Shown in pieces: positions 27,376-37,353 of a stretch of 49,421 nt of DNA; the stretch's first letter is position 1, and every line of letters starts with the position of its first letter. A model generated the notes under the pieces. It saw only the letters and a program-made list of their open reading frames with translations. It was not told the origin of the DNA and ran no database searches. Both the position numbers and the translations under genes were made by a program. Source of the stretch: an uncultured Clostridia bacterium (GTDB taxonomy: Bacteria; Bacillota; Clostridia; Oscillospirales; Ruminococcaceae); NCBI GenBank assembly GCA_945833805.1, contig CAMAGG010000001.1, positions 1 to 49,421 on the forward strand. The letters are read 5' to 3'.

Positions 27376-28188
27376 TTATGGCAGCACCGGGAAGCAGTTA
27401 ATTACGATGACCGCAGCCAGCAGCGCCAGCATTACGGCTATCGCAACATAATCCCGCGGAGCGGTGTGCATGACTTTCAGCCTTGTTCTGCCCTCGCCGC
27501 CGTGGTAGCAGCGGCACTCCATCGCAGTGGCAAGCTCGTTCGCCCGCTTAAATGCCGAAACGAACAGCGGAATAAGCACCGGGATAAGCGACTTTGCCTT
27601 TTTGATAAATCCCCCAGTGTCAAGCTCCGCGCCCCTTGCCTTCTGCGCTGACATGATCTTGTCCGTTTCCTCCACAAGAGTTGGAATGAACCGCAGCGCA
27701 ATTGTCATCATCATGGACAGCTCATGCACCGGAACGTGTATCTTCTTCAGCGGCGACAAAAGTCGCTCTATCGCGTCGGTAAGCATGATCGGCGACGTGG
27801 TGTAGGTCAGCAGCGACATACCCACGATAAGCGTGATGACTCTTATCAGCATGAAAAGCGCAGTATCGACGCCCTCCGGATATATCGCGATGAACTGCCA
27901 CTGAAACAGCGGAGTTTCGCCCTTAACGAAAAACAAATTAAGTATTCCGGTGAAGATCATCAGCGGAAGAATAGGCTTAATGCTCTTTAAGATCATGACA
28001 AGCTTTATCTCCGCCAGAATATAGCACAGCACCATGAAGAGCATACCTAGCATAAGTCCTGTGTAGCTCTGCGCCGTGAAAAGAATAACAAGATACAGTA
28101 AGTCCAGCACGAGCTTTACGCGGCTGTCAAGCCTGTGTATGACCGATTTGCCTGGGAAATACTGACCTATCGTAATGTCCTTTATCAT
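27376..28188 (-). CDS. ecfT: Energy-coupling factor transporter T component
   Basis: GQY.PG.S.IHRLD, IALRFIP, AQKARG, AMECRCY. Confidence 0.93.
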   Translation of the reverse strand: MIKDITIGQYFPGKSVIHRLDSRVKLVLDLLYLVILFTAQSYTGLMLGMLFMVLCYILAEIKLVMILKSIKPILPLMIFTGILNLFFVKGETPLFQWQFIAIYPEGVDTALFMLIRVITLIVGMSLLTYTTSPIMLTDAIERLLSPLKKIHVPVHELSMMMTIALRFIPTLVEETDKIMSAQKARGAELDTGGFIKKAKSLIPVLIPLFVSAFKRANELATAMECRCYHGGEGRTRLKVMHTAPRDYVAIAVMLALLAAVIVINCFPVLP

Positions 28189-28209
28189 CTTTTGTTCTAC
28201 CCTTTGCTA

Positions 28210-29973
28210 TCAATGACTGATCAGCGGAAGTAGCCTTTCTGCCGCCCTTTCGGTTGTGTAGATATCGCTTCCGATGTCAGTTCCGAGAGTTTTCAGTATA
28301 TGGCTCATTCGTGTTATCTGAGGGACGTCAAGACCTATCTTTGCAAGCTCCTCCGTCCTGCCGAATACCCTGTCCACCGTGTCGTAACAGAACAGCCGGC
28401 TCTTGTTCATCACAAGCACCTTTCCTGCGTACTTCACGATGTCCTCCATAGAGTGTGATACCAGCAATATCGTCTTGCCGTACTGCTCGTGATACCGTTT
28501 TATCTGGGTGAGTATTTTGTCACGGCCCTTTGGGTCAAGCCCCGCCGCAGGCTCGTCCAGAATAAGCACCTCCGGATCCATAGCCAGAACTCCGGCAAGG
28601 GCTACTCTGCGCTGCTGTCCTCCGGAAAGCTCAAACGGCGACCTGTCCAGCAGATGAGTGATATCCATGCTCTCCGCCGCCTGTTTTACACGCTTGTCGA
28701 TCTCCTCATCGGAAAGTCCCATGTTCTTCGGACCGTAGGCTATATCCTTTGCGACGGTTTCCTCAAAAAGCTGATGCTCCGAATACTGGAACACTATTCC
28801 GACCTTGAACCGTATATCCCGGATATTCACATCTTTACTCCATATATCCGTCCCGTCAACAAAGACAGTGCCGGAGGTGGGCTTCACAAGCCCGTCAAAA
28901 TGCTGTATCAGCGTGGATTTGCCGCTTCCGGTGTGTCCGATTATTCCAACGAACTCGCCCTGTCTTATCGAAATATCCACGTTGTCCACCGCAGTCTTTT
29001 CAAAAGGCGTTCCTATGCTGTATTTGTAAGTCAGCTTCTCGCCCCGGAGCACCACCGGACGGTCGTCCGGCTGAGCTGTTTCCTGCTTCGGAGGAATTAC
29101 CGCGTTTCTGCCCTGAGTGAGCCTGTACAGCGCCTCGGCACACTCCTGCTCGTGGATTATTTCCGTGGAAATATCAACACCCTTGTCGCGTAATTCGCCG
29201 CAAAGCTCCGTCACCTGCGGAACGTCCAGACCGACGGATTTCAGCTTCCTCACCTGCGAAAAGATCTTCTTCGGAATATCGTCCATGATTATCTTTCCGC
29301 CGTCCATGACTACCACCCGGTCAGCCTGCGCGGCTTCGTCCATGTAGTGGGTTATCAGCACCACGGTGATGCCCTTTTCCCGGTTCAGCGTGTGGATCGT
29401 ATTCATTACCTCCCGCCTGCCCTTGGGGTCAAGCATAGCGGTAGGCTCGTCCATAACTATACACCGGGGCTGCATTGCGATAACTCCCGCAATTGCCACT
29501 CTCTGCTTCTGACCTCCGGAAAGCTGGTGCGGAGCGTGCTCCCGGAATTCGTACATATCCACCTGCTTCAGCGCGTCGTCCACCCTCTGCCGTATCTCCG
29601 GCTGGGGAACTCCCATATTCTCCGGCGCAAAAGCCACGTCCTCCTCGACGATCGTCGCCACAAGCTGATTGTCCGGGTTCTGGAACACCATGCCTACCGT
29701 CTGACGGATATCGTAGATCTTATCTTCGTCCGTTGTATTCATTCCCGCAACAGTGACCTTTCCCTCGGTGGGGTAAAGTATCGCGTTCAGATGCTTAGCA
29801 AGGGTGGATTTTCCGCAGCCATTATGCCCCAGAACCGCAAGGAACTGACCCTCTGGAACGGTCAGGCTGACGTTTTTCAGCACCTGAGTACGCCCGGTTT
29901 CCTTTCCGTCCTCGTCCATGCTTATATAGTCAAAGCTGACATTTTCGACCTCAATAATATTTTTGTCCGACAA
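28210..29973 (-). CDS. ecfA: Fused EcfA1-EcfA2 energy-coupling factor ATPase
   Basis: Two complete ABC domains: [16 protein letters not shown] and [16 protein letters not shown]. The second carries the EcfA2 signature GTPFE. Confidence 0.9.
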   Translation of the reverse strand: MSDKNIIEVENVSFDYISMDEDGKETGRTQVLKNVSLTVPEGQFLAVLGHNGCGKSTLAKHLNAILYPTEGKVTVAGMNTTDEDKIYDIRQTVGMVFQNPDNQLVATIVEEDVAFAPENMGVPQPEIRQRVDDALKQVDMYEFREHAPHQLSGGQKQRVAIAGVIAMQPRCIVMDEPTAMLDPKGRREVMNTIHTLNREKGITVVLITHYMDEAAQADRVVVMDGGKIIMDDIPKKIFSQVRKLKSVGLDVPQVTELCGELRDKGVDISTEIIHEQECAEALYRLTQGRNAVIPPKQETAQPDDRPVVLRGEKLTYKYSIGTPFEKTAVDNVDISIRQGEFVGIIGHTGSGKSTLIQHFDGLVKPTSGTVFVDGTDIWSKDVNIRDIRFKVGIVFQYSEHQLFEETVAKDIAYGPKNMGLSDEEIDKRVKQAAESMDITHLLDRSPFELSGGQQRRVALAGVLAMDPEVLILDEPAAGLDPKGRDKILTQIKRYHEQYGKTILLVSHSMEDIVKYAGKVLVMNKSRLFCYDTVDRVFGRTEELAKIGLDVPQITRMSHILKTLGTDIGSDIYTTERAAERLLPLISH

Positions 29974-29988
29974 TTATCTTACCTCTGA

Positions 29989-30852
29989 TCAAAACTTAAC
30001 TATCGCCGTGCTTCCCGCCGGAAGCGCCATTCCGGTCTGCTTCACCGGAAGTCCTATCTCCTGCGAATCCACTGAAATATCAAACCGCTGACCTACCGTC
30101 ATTTGCAGCAGATAGCTCATGACGCTTGCCGAAAGCCCGGTCGTGTAGCTGTTAAGCAGCACGAACAGCGGATTTTCCGAAAGAAGCTGCGTGCAGGAGG
30201 TCATCAGATCGTAAATGCAGTCCTCCAATTTCCACATCTCGCCGTTCGTTCCCCTGCCGTAGCTTGGCGGGTCAAGGATTATACCGTCATACCGCGTTCC
30301 CCGGCGTATCTCGCGGTTGATGAACTTCTGCGCGTCGTCCACTATCCAGCGTATCGGCTTGTCCGACAGCCCGGACAGCTTCGCATTCGTCCTCGCCCAG
30401 TCCACCATGCCCTTAACCGCGTCCACATGGCAGACGGAAGCCCCCGCCGCCGCGCAGGCAAGGGTAGCTCCCCCGGTGTAGGCGAATAAATTCAGCACGT
30501 TTATCGGACGGTCTGCGCTGTGTATTGCATTCATGCAGTAGTCCCAGTTCACCGCCTGCTCCGGGAAAAGACCGGTGTGCTTGAAACCGGTGGGCTTGAC
30601 CATAAAGGTAAGCTCCCCGTATTTTATCTGCCAGCTCTCCGGGAGTTTCCTGCGGTAGTCCCATGAGCCGCCTCCGGAGGAGGAACGGTTGTATTTTGCA
30701 TGAGCCGTCCTCCACTCCGGTGCGGTATTGCCGCTTTTCCAGATTATCTGCGGATCCGGGCGGATAAGGGTAACGTCCCCCCAGCGCTCCAGCCGCTCAC
30801 CGTCAGAGGTGTCTATCAGGCAGTAGTCCTGCCATTTGTCTGATATTCTCAT
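29989..30852 (-). CDS. Class I SAM-dependent methyltransferase (RlmI/RlmK-related, lacking PUA domain)
   Basis: GERLERWG, FKHTGLFPEQ, NLFAYTGG, LDPPSYG. Confidence 0.85.
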   Translation of the reverse strand: MRISDKWQDYCLIDTSDGERLERWGDVTLIRPDPQIIWKSGNTAPEWRTAHAKYNRSSSGGGSWDYRRKLPESWQIKYGELTFMVKPTGFKHTGLFPEQAVNWDYCMNAIHSADRPINVLNLFAYTGGATLACAAAGASVCHVDAVKGMVDWARTNAKLSGLSDKPIRWIVDDAQKFINREIRRGTRYDGIILDPPSYGRGTNGEMWKLEDCIYDLMTSCTQLLSENPLFVLLNSYTTGLSASVMSYLLQMTVGQRFDISVDSQEIGLPVKQTGMALPAGSTAIVKF

Positions 30853-30881
30853 TTCTTCTGTCCTTTATTATTGTCAGTTAA

Positions 30882-31053
30882 GGCAACACCGCATAATTAT
30901 TGTCGTTCGATTGCGCCGTCAGATTTTTCGTCAGATTGTACAAATTGAGCGCAGGCGGGCTGTCGCCCGTCAAGCGAAATTTGGGCAATATGACGGAAAA
31001 TATGCAAGCAAGTGGACGGCAAAGGCGATAGCCGGTAATTGTGCGGTGTTGCC
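30882..31053. mobile_element. MITE family B (172 bp)
   Basis: 18-bp TIRs GGCAACACCGCATAATTA / GGCAACACCGCACAATTA (17/18). TTAA duplicated at 30878-30881 and 31054-31057. Nested internal inverted repeats. Confidence 0.82.
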
Positions 31054-31413
31054 TTAAAGCTTTTCCCACTCAATACACTCCGGCAGCTTCATTTCCCGCA
31101 TGAATTCCTCGGCGCACTCCATAATTTTCCTCTCCGGGACTATCTGCCCCCGCTCGATAGTGTAAACCTCGCCGTCGATGTTAACATCAATAGTTCCATG
31201 CTTCTTCCTGTCGCCGACAGAAACGTAAGCCGTTCCTCCCTCGGCGGTGAAGTAGTTTATTGAAGCTCCGTCCTCGCAGCAGAGTATAGCGATGCAGGGG
31301 TAGGTATCCGTCCCCTCGCCCAGCCATATCTCTCCGCAGGCGGCATTCAAAGCGTCCTTAAGCTGCTCTTTATCATTCACGGGGAAATTCCCGTTATTTG
31401 CACAAACTAGCAT
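31054..31413 (-). CDS. Imm1-like immunity family protein
   Basis: 119 aa, acidic. Beta-rich core (A.INYF...G.AYVS.GD). C-terminal AEEF....LPECIEWEKL resembles Imm1. Confidence 0.55.
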   Translation of the reverse strand: MLVCANNGNFPVNDKEQLKDALNAACGEIWLGEGTDTYPCIAILCCEDGASINYFTAEGGTAYVSVGDRKKHGTIDVNIDGEVYTIERGQIVPERKIMECAEEFMREMKLPECIEWEKL

Positions 31414-31425
31414 TCTTTTCTCCTG

Positions 31426-32787
31426 TCAGGTGAGATTTTCCTTTACCACGTCAGCAATTGAGTTAGCAAGCCTTGTCACCTGCTCCATGTTCTTTCCCTC
31501 GACCATTACCCGGACTAACGGCTCTGTTCCGCTTTCACGAACAAGAATTCTTCCCGCACCGGAAAGCTCCTTTTCCGCCGCGGCAATGCTGTCAGCAATA
31601 GCGGGAACGCTGCTCCATTTACCCTTGCCCTCAGCTGAGATACGCACGTTCACCAGAAGCTGCGGATAGTCCTCAATATCCCGGCACAGCTCCGACAGGG
31701 ACTTCCCTGTTTCCTGCATTACCTTGATGAGCATTGCCGCAGTAAGCTGTCCGTCGCCGGTGGTGGCGTGGTCTAGCAGGATAATATGCCCGGACTGCTC
31801 GCCGCCTATATTATAACCATTTTTAAGCATTTCTTCCAGAACATACCTGTCGCCAACCTTTGCGCATACAGTTCTCATGCCGTTGTTCTTCATGAAATCA
31901 TGGAAACCGAGGTTGCTCATGACTGTTACGACCGCAGCGTCGCCCTTTAAAACCCGCTTTTCCTTCATGCGCTTTGCCAGCACAGCGATTATTCTGTCGC
32001 CGTCGATGACCCTGCCGTTTTCGTCCACCGCAAGGCATCTGTCCGCATCGCCGTCAAAAGCAAAGCCAGCGTCAAAGCCGCCGTTTTTCACATATTCGCA
32101 GAGCTGGTCGATATGAGTAGACCCGCAGTCCTCATTGATGTTGGTGCCGTCCGGTTCTTCCGCGATGAACTCCGAGCCCTCGCCGAGATAGGCGAACAGC
32201 TTTCCCGCAGTCGCCGCAGAGCTTCCGTTTGCGCAGTCAAAGCAGTAACGCTTGTTCACTCCGGCGAAATCCCCAGCGCCTACGCAGTCCCGGATATGCT
32301 GTATGTAGTCCTTGCAGGCGCTGCTGAGGCGGGTGATCCTGCCCACATTTGTACCCTCGCACAGCGGAATTTCCTCATTCTTGTCAAGGATAAGGGCTTC
32401 TATCTCATCCTCAACGCTGTCCGGCAGCTTGAATCCGTCCGAGGAAAACAGCTTTATTCCGTTGTATTCCACAGTGTTGTGAGAAGCGGAGATCATTACC
32501 CCCGCGTCCGCGCCGTAAGCCTTGACGAGATATGCCACCGCCGGTGTAGGAACTACCCCCAGAAGCTGCGCGTTGGCTCCGACGGAAGCAATTCCCGCAG
32601 ACAGCGCCGCCTCCAGTATCTTTGAAGAAATTCTCGTGTCCATGCCGACTATGATATTCGGGTGCGCCTTGCCGCTCTCCCTTGTCAGGACGTAAGCCGC
32701 CGCCCGTCCTATTTCCATCGCTCTCTCGCAGGTAAGCTCCGTTACCGCAACTCCCCTTGCACCATCGGTGCCGAATATTCTTCCCAT
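31426..32787 (-). CDS. glmM: Phosphoglucosamine mutase
   Basis: FGTDG, ISASHN (phosphoserine), FDGDADR, GGEQSGH, RESGTEPLVRVM. Confidence 0.95.
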   Translation of the reverse strand: MGRIFGTDGARGVAVTELTCERAMEIGRAAAYVLTRESGKAHPNIIVGMDTRISSKILEAALSAGIASVGANAQLLGVVPTPAVAYLVKAYGADAGVMISASHNTVEYNGIKLFSSDGFKLPDSVEDEIEALILDKNEEIPLCEGTNVGRITRLSSACKDYIQHIRDCVGAGDFAGVNKRYCFDCANGSSAATAGKLFAYLGEGSEFIAEEPDGTNINEDCGSTHIDQLCEYVKNGGFDAGFAFDGDADRCLAVDENGRVIDGDRIIAVLAKRMKEKRVLKGDAAVVTVMSNLGFHDFMKNNGMRTVCAKVGDRYVLEEMLKNGYNIGGEQSGHIILLDHATTGDGQLTAAMLIKVMQETGKSLSELCRDIEDYPQLLVNVRISAEGKGKWSSVPAIADSIAAAEKELSGAGRILVRESGTEPLVRVMVEGKNMEQVTRLANSIADVVKENLT

Positions 32788-32816
32788 CTAAATTCCCCCA
32801 AAATATATGTATTCTC

Positions 32817-33869
32817 TCAGAAGTCCAGCCTCTGCTGTCCGTCCTGCAATATGCCAAGATGCTTGTAGGCAAGAGCTGTCGCCGTGCGCCCCCGTGGGGT
32901 TCTGGCAATAAATCCAAGCTGCATGAGGAAAGGCTCACAGACCTCCTCCAAGGTCACGGACTCCTCACCAAGCGCAGAAGCCAGCGTTTCCAGACCTACC
33001 GGGCCGCCGTTGTAGCCCTTGATTATCATTTCAAGGAATCGTCTGTCCAGCCGGTCAAGCCCCAGTCTGTCTATATCCTCCCGCCCAAGAGCGATATCCG
33101 CGATCTCCCGTGTGATCTTTCCGTCGCCTAGCACCTCCGCATAGTCGCGGACGCGCTTCAGCAGGCGGTTTGCAATTCTCGGCGTACCCCTGGAACGCTT
33201 CGCTATCTCCATTGCTCCGTCCTTTGTGCAGGGAATTGCAAGGATTATCGCCGAACGCTGCACAATGCTGCAAAGCTCCTCCGGAGTGTAAAGCTCCAGC
33301 CGCTGAATAACGCCGAAACGGTCACGGAGCGGCGCAGAAAGCTGTCCGGAGCGGGTAGTTGCGCCGATCAGCGTAAACTTCGGCAGATCAATGCGGATAG
33401 ATCGCGCCGACGGGCCGTTGCCCATGATTATATCCAGCACGAAATCCTCCATTGCGGGATATAATACCTCCTCCACCTGCCGTGAAAGACGGTGGATCTC
33501 GTCAATGAACAGCACATCGTTCGGCTGCAAATTCGTAAGCAGCGCCGCCAGATCCCCGGCTTTTTCTATCGCAGGGCCGGAAGTGACCCGGATATTCACG
33601 CCCATTTCATTCGCGATTATGCAGGAAAGCGTGGTCTTTCCAAGTCCCGGAGGGCCGTAAAGCAGCACATGATCAAGGCACTCGCCGCGCTTCCGCGCCG
33701 CTTCAATGTATACCTGCATATTCTCCTTGACCTTTTCCTGACCTATGTATTCCGAAAGCACCTTCGGGCGCAGCGAATACTCGATATCGGTATCTGCCTC
33801 ATTATATTCCGGTTCAACTATTCTGTTACTTTTTTCCGGGCTTCCGTTTATATCAGACATTTCCAGCAT
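32817..33869 (-). CDS. ruvB: Holliday junction helicase RuvB
   Basis: [33 protein letters not shown]. Start at ATG 33869 (track 33884). Confidence 0.96.
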   Translation of the reverse strand: MLEMSDINGSPEKSNRIVEPEYNEADTDIEYSLRPKVLSEYIGQEKVKENMQVYIEAARKRGECLDHVLLYGPPGLGKTTLSCIIANEMGVNIRVTSGPAIEKAGDLAALLTNLQPNDVLFIDEIHRLSRQVEEVLYPAMEDFVLDIIMGNGPSARSIRIDLPKFTLIGATTRSGQLSAPLRDRFGVIQRLELYTPEELCSIVQRSAIILAIPCTKDGAMEIAKRSRGTPRIANRLLKRVRDYAEVLGDGKITREIADIALGREDIDRLGLDRLDRRFLEMIIKGYNGGPVGLETLASALGEESVTLEEVCEPFLMQLGFIARTPRGRTATALAYKHLGILQDGQQRLDF

Positions 33870-34779
33870 CTGTTTCTTCCTCAACTAATGTACAGCGTTT
33901 GTAGTATTCCTTAGGCAGGTCTTCCCCGGTAGCATTCTCCGCGTGGTTAAAGGTGTGTATCGCAGTCATGCGCTTAGAAAGCTCCTCCGGGTCTTTATAG
34001 CCGCAGAGTATTGCCTTTTCATAGTACTCGCGGCATTTTTCCTCGTCATCGTGGATAGCGTACCACATAGCAAGCTCCGCATAGACAAGCGGGTGATTTT
34101 CCTGTATCGTGATCAGCTTCAGGAGTGTTTCCAACGCCTTGTCGTCCTCCCCCCGCACCATGTATATCTTCGCAAGGCTGTAATAGGAATAGCCGTGGTT
34201 CGGGTCGTATTCCAGCGCCTGTTTGAAGCAATATTCCGCATTTGTGAGCCTGCCGTCTGCATAATACGCATGTCCCAGCCTTGACTGCACCTCCGGGTCG
34301 TCCGGAGCGAACTCCGCCGCCTTCCGGAAGCACCACAGCATTCTCGGCTCATTTTCCGTCGCTTCATACAGCTTAATGAGCCACTCTATGCAGAACATCT
34401 GGTTCTGCCGGATCTGGGACAGGCTCAGCGCCCTTTGGAGCAGGTCGTCCGCGTCCGGGTACTTCCCCTGAAACAGCTTCACTATGCCCCTGTATGCGTA
34501 TTTTGCCGCATCGTCATTACATATCTTGCGTATTCCCTGCTTTCCGAGGGCTTTGAGAGCGGCACGGCGAAGCTTGAGCCTTTCTGAGATAATACCGGAA
34601 AGCCCGATACCAAGCGTTATTCCCAGCGCTATCACGCCCCAGTAAATAATGAACAACGCCCCTCTTTTCTCACTGTCATCGGCAAACAAACAATAGAACA
34701 CCAGAAAAATGCCGATAAAAAGCATACAGGTAATGATCATTATAATTGATACCGGTTTAGCTTTATTATCTCTGCTCAA
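33853..34779 (-). CDS. Membrane-anchored tetratricopeptide repeat protein
   Basis: Two N-terminal TM helices followed by TPRs (LGHAYY...[13 protein letters not shown]; YYSLAKIY...). TTG start at 34779 after GGAGGTG (track 34818). Confidence 0.8.
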   Translation of the reverse strand: MSRDNKAKPVSIIMIITCMLFIGIFLVFYCLFADDSEKRGALFIIYWGVIALGITLGIGLSGIISERLKLRRAALKALGKQGIRKICNDDAAKYAYRGIVKLFQGKYPDADDLLQRALSLSQIRQNQMFCIEWLIKLYEATENEPRMLWCFRKAAEFAPDDPEVQSRLGHAYYADGRLTNAEYCFKQALEYDPNHGYSYYSLAKIYMVRGEDDKALETLLKLITIQENHPLVYAELAMWYAIHDDEEKCREYYEKAILCGYKDPEELSKRMTAIHTFNHAENATGEDLPKEYYKRCTLVEEETDAGNV

Positions 34780-34810
34780 TCGCCACACCTCCCCTTCCGG
34801 TCGCGGAATA

Positions 34811-35404
34811 TTAACCAAGCCGCTTCAAAGCGTACTTTATAAGCTCCTCCACCGTGCTGTCCGGAGAAGCTCCGACCAGAGCCGCCTGAGCCTGCGGGAG
34901 TGCAAATCCCAACACGCACAGCGCCGTTATTGCCTCCGCAGCCGCATTGCCGCTTTCCACAGCCGCCGGAGCGCTGGCGTAATCCACAGCGGAAATGTGC
35001 TGCTCCTTCGCCACCTTGTCCTTAAGCTCCATTACAATTCTCTGGGCGATCTTCGCGCCTATTCCCGGAGAGCGGGTCAGAGTCTTGCTGTCGCCGGTGG
35101 TAATGCACAGTGCCAGCTTTGACGGGGTTAAATCCGACAGAATTGACAGCGCCGCCTTAGGGCCAACCCCGGAAATCGAAATAAGCTGTTTGAAAGCCGA
35201 CAGCTCCGCAGTGTCCGCAAAGCCGAACAGCTCCACCGCGTCCTCCCGCACATTAAGTTGGGTGAACAGGCGTACTTCTCCGCTGCTGCCGATCTTTTTC
35301 AGCGTATTCATCGTGGTTCGGCAGGCATAGCCCACCCCTCCGCATTCTACAACCGCCAGATTTGGCTCTGTATGTATAAGCTCGCCGTGTAAGCTGTAAA
35401 TCAT
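34811..35404 (-). CDS. ruvA: Holliday junction DNA-binding protein RuvA
   Basis: GGVGY, VREDA..LFGF, SGVGPKAAL, PGIGAKIAQRI. Confidence 0.96.
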   Translation of the reverse strand: MIYSLHGELIHTEPNLAVVECGGVGYACRTTMNTLKKIGSSGEVRLFTQLNVREDAVELFGFADTAELSAFKQLISISGVGPKAALSILSDLTPSKLALCITTGDSKTLTRSPGIGAKIAQRIVMELKDKVAKEQHISAVDYASAPAAVESGNAAAEAITALCVLGFALPQAQAALVGASPDSTVEELIKYALKRLG

Positions 35405-35421
35405 CTGTAATATCCCTCAAA

Positions 35422-35967
35422 TCAACTGTTATGTATTATCCTGCCCCGCGCTTTGTCGTCCTTTGCTTCCGCCTGCGCGATGAGCTTTGAAAGCTGTGAG
35501 CCGCTGGAATGCCCGTGGCATATCGCAAGAGCCACTGCGTCTGCGGTGTCGTCCGGTTTTGGTATCTCCTTTAAGTCAAGGATATTCTTCACCATTTCCT
35601 GCACCTGCCGCTTCTCCGCTCTGCCATAGCCCACCACCGCCTGCTTTACCTGAAGCGGCGTGTACTCGTATATATCGATATTCCGCTGAACTGCCGCAAG
35701 CAGGATAACTCCCCGCGCCTGCGCCACGTCGATTCCCGTGGTCTTATTGTTGGTGAAATAAAGCTTCTCTATCGACATACAGTCCGGCTGGAACATATCC
35801 AGCACCGTACACATATCTTCATAGATCTCCATGAGCCGCCTGTCAAAGCTTGTCCCGGCGGCGGTGGTGACTGCGCCGTAATTCACCACGGAAAACCTCG
35901 CCTTGTCGTAATCCAGAACCCCGTAGCCAACTATCGCGTATCCGGGGTCAATTCCGATGATCCTCAT
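35422..35967 (-). CDS. ruvC: Holliday junction resolvase RuvC
   Basis: GIDPG, IEKLYF, QARGV, VKQAVVGYGRAEK, DDTADA. Confidence 0.96.
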   Translation of the reverse strand: MRIIGIDPGYAIVGYGVLDYDKARFSVVNYGAVTTAAGTSFDRRLMEIYEDMCTVLDMFQPDCMSIEKLYFTNNKTTGIDVAQARGVILLAAVQRNIDIYEYTPLQVKQAVVGYGRAEKRQVQEMVKNILDLKEIPKPDDTADAVALAICHGHSSGSQLSKLIAQAEAKDDKARGRIIHNS

Positions 35968-36581
35968 GTGTAGCTTTCATTGTCGGTGATGTAAGCACGA
36001 ACTCTCAGCGGAATGCCCATGCTGTCCGCAAGCTTCTGACAGCGCTCTATTTCCTCCGGAGTAATGATATCCACCACCGTGAACCCTGTCTTTATTCCCA
36101 TTTTCTTCATGTCCGCCGCGAAATCCAGCATTGCCTTGAATGCCGGCTCGCCGAAATGCGGTCTTGTTACCTCATTGTAGCGCTTCGCATCCGGAGCATT
36201 CAGGCTTATCGAAACGCTGTCGATCAGCCCTTTGAAGCTGTTTATGTCGAAATCCGGGTGGATAAGCCTTACAAGTCCGTTGGAATTGAGCCGTATTCTC
36301 ATATCGGAGTTTTTCTTGATATATTCCGCGGTTTTCACCAGCATATCCGCCCTTACGGTAGGCTCGCCGTAGCCGCAGAACACCGCGTCAGTAATTCCTG
36401 TCTTGTCAAAGCTGTCGAATGCCGCAGTGATCTCCTCAAAGGACGGCTCATGCTCCAGCCACAGGCTGTCGTTGTCCTTAATGGAATCCGCATTGTTCCT
36501 GAGGCAGAATACGCAGCTGCACGGACAGCCGTTGGTTATATTTATATACATCTTCCCTTCAAATCTGTAAAAGATTGTCAT
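35964..36581 (-). CDS. Radical SAM protein, TatD-associated type
   Basis: YINITNGCPCSCVFC (CxxxCxxC), LWLEHEP, FCGYGEP, SISLNAP. Confidence 0.85.
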   Translation of the reverse strand: MTIFYRFEGKMYINITNGCPCSCVFCLRNNADSIKDNDSLWLEHEPSFEEITAAFDSFDKTGITDAVFCGYGEPTVRADMLVKTAEYIKKNSDMRIRLNSNGLVRLIHPDFDINSFKGLIDSVSISLNAPDAKRYNEVTRPHFGEPAFKAMLDFAADMKKMGIKTGFTVVDIITPEEIERCQKLADSMGIPLRVRAYITDNESYT

Positions 36582-36615
36582 TTATATCACTCCTATATAT
36601 ACAAATATTCATTTT

Positions 36616-36644
36616 ATTATACCACCATATTGCGGTTTTGTCAA
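36616..36644 (-). promoter_or_regulatory. Consensus SigA promoter heading the radical SAM-ruvCAB operon
   Basis: TTGACA-N17-TATAAT with TGG extension. Confidence 0.85.
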
Positions 36645-36831
36645 ATCGTATTTCACAAAATACCAGCCGTTTTTTTACTCTCATGCGTATTTTTCGATAT
36701 ATCACGCCAGATAATATATTAGCCGTCCGTACCAAGTCAGGAGCTTTCAGCAATTTATCCAACATCACAGCAGTTACCCCGGCAGCATTCTGACACATAT
36801 TGCACAATTTACACTTTTTCCATTTTTCCGC

Positions 36832-36860
36832 TTGACAGCCTGTTTAATATGTGATACAAT
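36832..36860 (+). promoter_or_regulatory. SigA promoter of the small plus-strand gene
   Basis: TTGACA-N17-TACAAT with TGTG extension. Confidence 0.8.
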
Positions 36861-36875
36861 TATCAATGTAAATTC

Positions 36876-36882
36876 TGTCGAA
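36876..36882 (+). promoter_or_regulatory. Candidate Spo0A box (TGTCGAA) just downstream of the predicted start site
   Basis: Exact match to TGNCGAA. Single copy, so chance occurrence is possible. Confidence 0.3.
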
Positions 36883-36965
36883 CGATTGGATAGGCTGATC
36901 ACAGTCAGATATATCAGCAGATGTCCGCGTTTCCTTCAGACAGCATACATAAGGAGGAGAAAAAA

Positions 36966-37244
36966 ATGGACGACATTCATGCAGGAGATAAGGTTGTAGT
37001 CAAATTAAAGGAATATTTCAGCGGCGAGGGCAACGCAAAGCCCCGTGTTCAGGGCGAGGTGAAGTTCGTCAACACAAGGGCGAATTTTGCGGTAGTTGAC
37101 GTAGGAAAGTACAATGTTACCTACTGGAACAACGAGATAATGCCGTTTGATCCGGATAAATACAAATTCACCGTTGGAAACCGCGTAGAGCCGATTTCCG
37201 GCGCGGCTTCGTCCGACGCAGAAATCGACAGCGACGAGCAGTAA
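36966..37244 (+). CDS. Small hypothetical protein (92 aa), SH3/KOW-like barrel with acidic tail
   Basis: AAGGAGG RBS before ATG 36966; own promoter and terminator; GDKVVV...GEVKFV...FAVVDV...VTYW pattern. Confidence 0.75.
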   Translation: MDDIHAGDKVVVKLKEYFSGEGNAKPRVQGEVKFVNTRANFAVVDVGKYNVTYWNNEIMPFDPDKYKFTVGNRVEPISGAASSDAEIDSDEQ

Positions 37245-37287
37245 TACACTGTTGAAACAGAGAAAACTATTCTCTTAAGCTGCAAAT

Positions 37288-37323
37288 AAAAAAGTGCCGT
37301 ATAGCTGCGGCACTTTTTCTTTT
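37288..37323. terminator. Bidirectional terminator between the small gene and pgsA
   Basis: AAAAAAGTGCCGTA-tagc-TGCGGCACTTTTT. Confidence 0.85.
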
Positions 37324-37353
37324 CTGTAAAATCAGCATTTTCGCTGAAATATA

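Noticed and set aside
30836-31069. Short ORFs on both strands across the MITE B region (73 aa and 63 aa)
   Set aside because: They lie within a non-coding inverted-repeat element, both end in TIR-derived AVLP, and show no transposase similarity.
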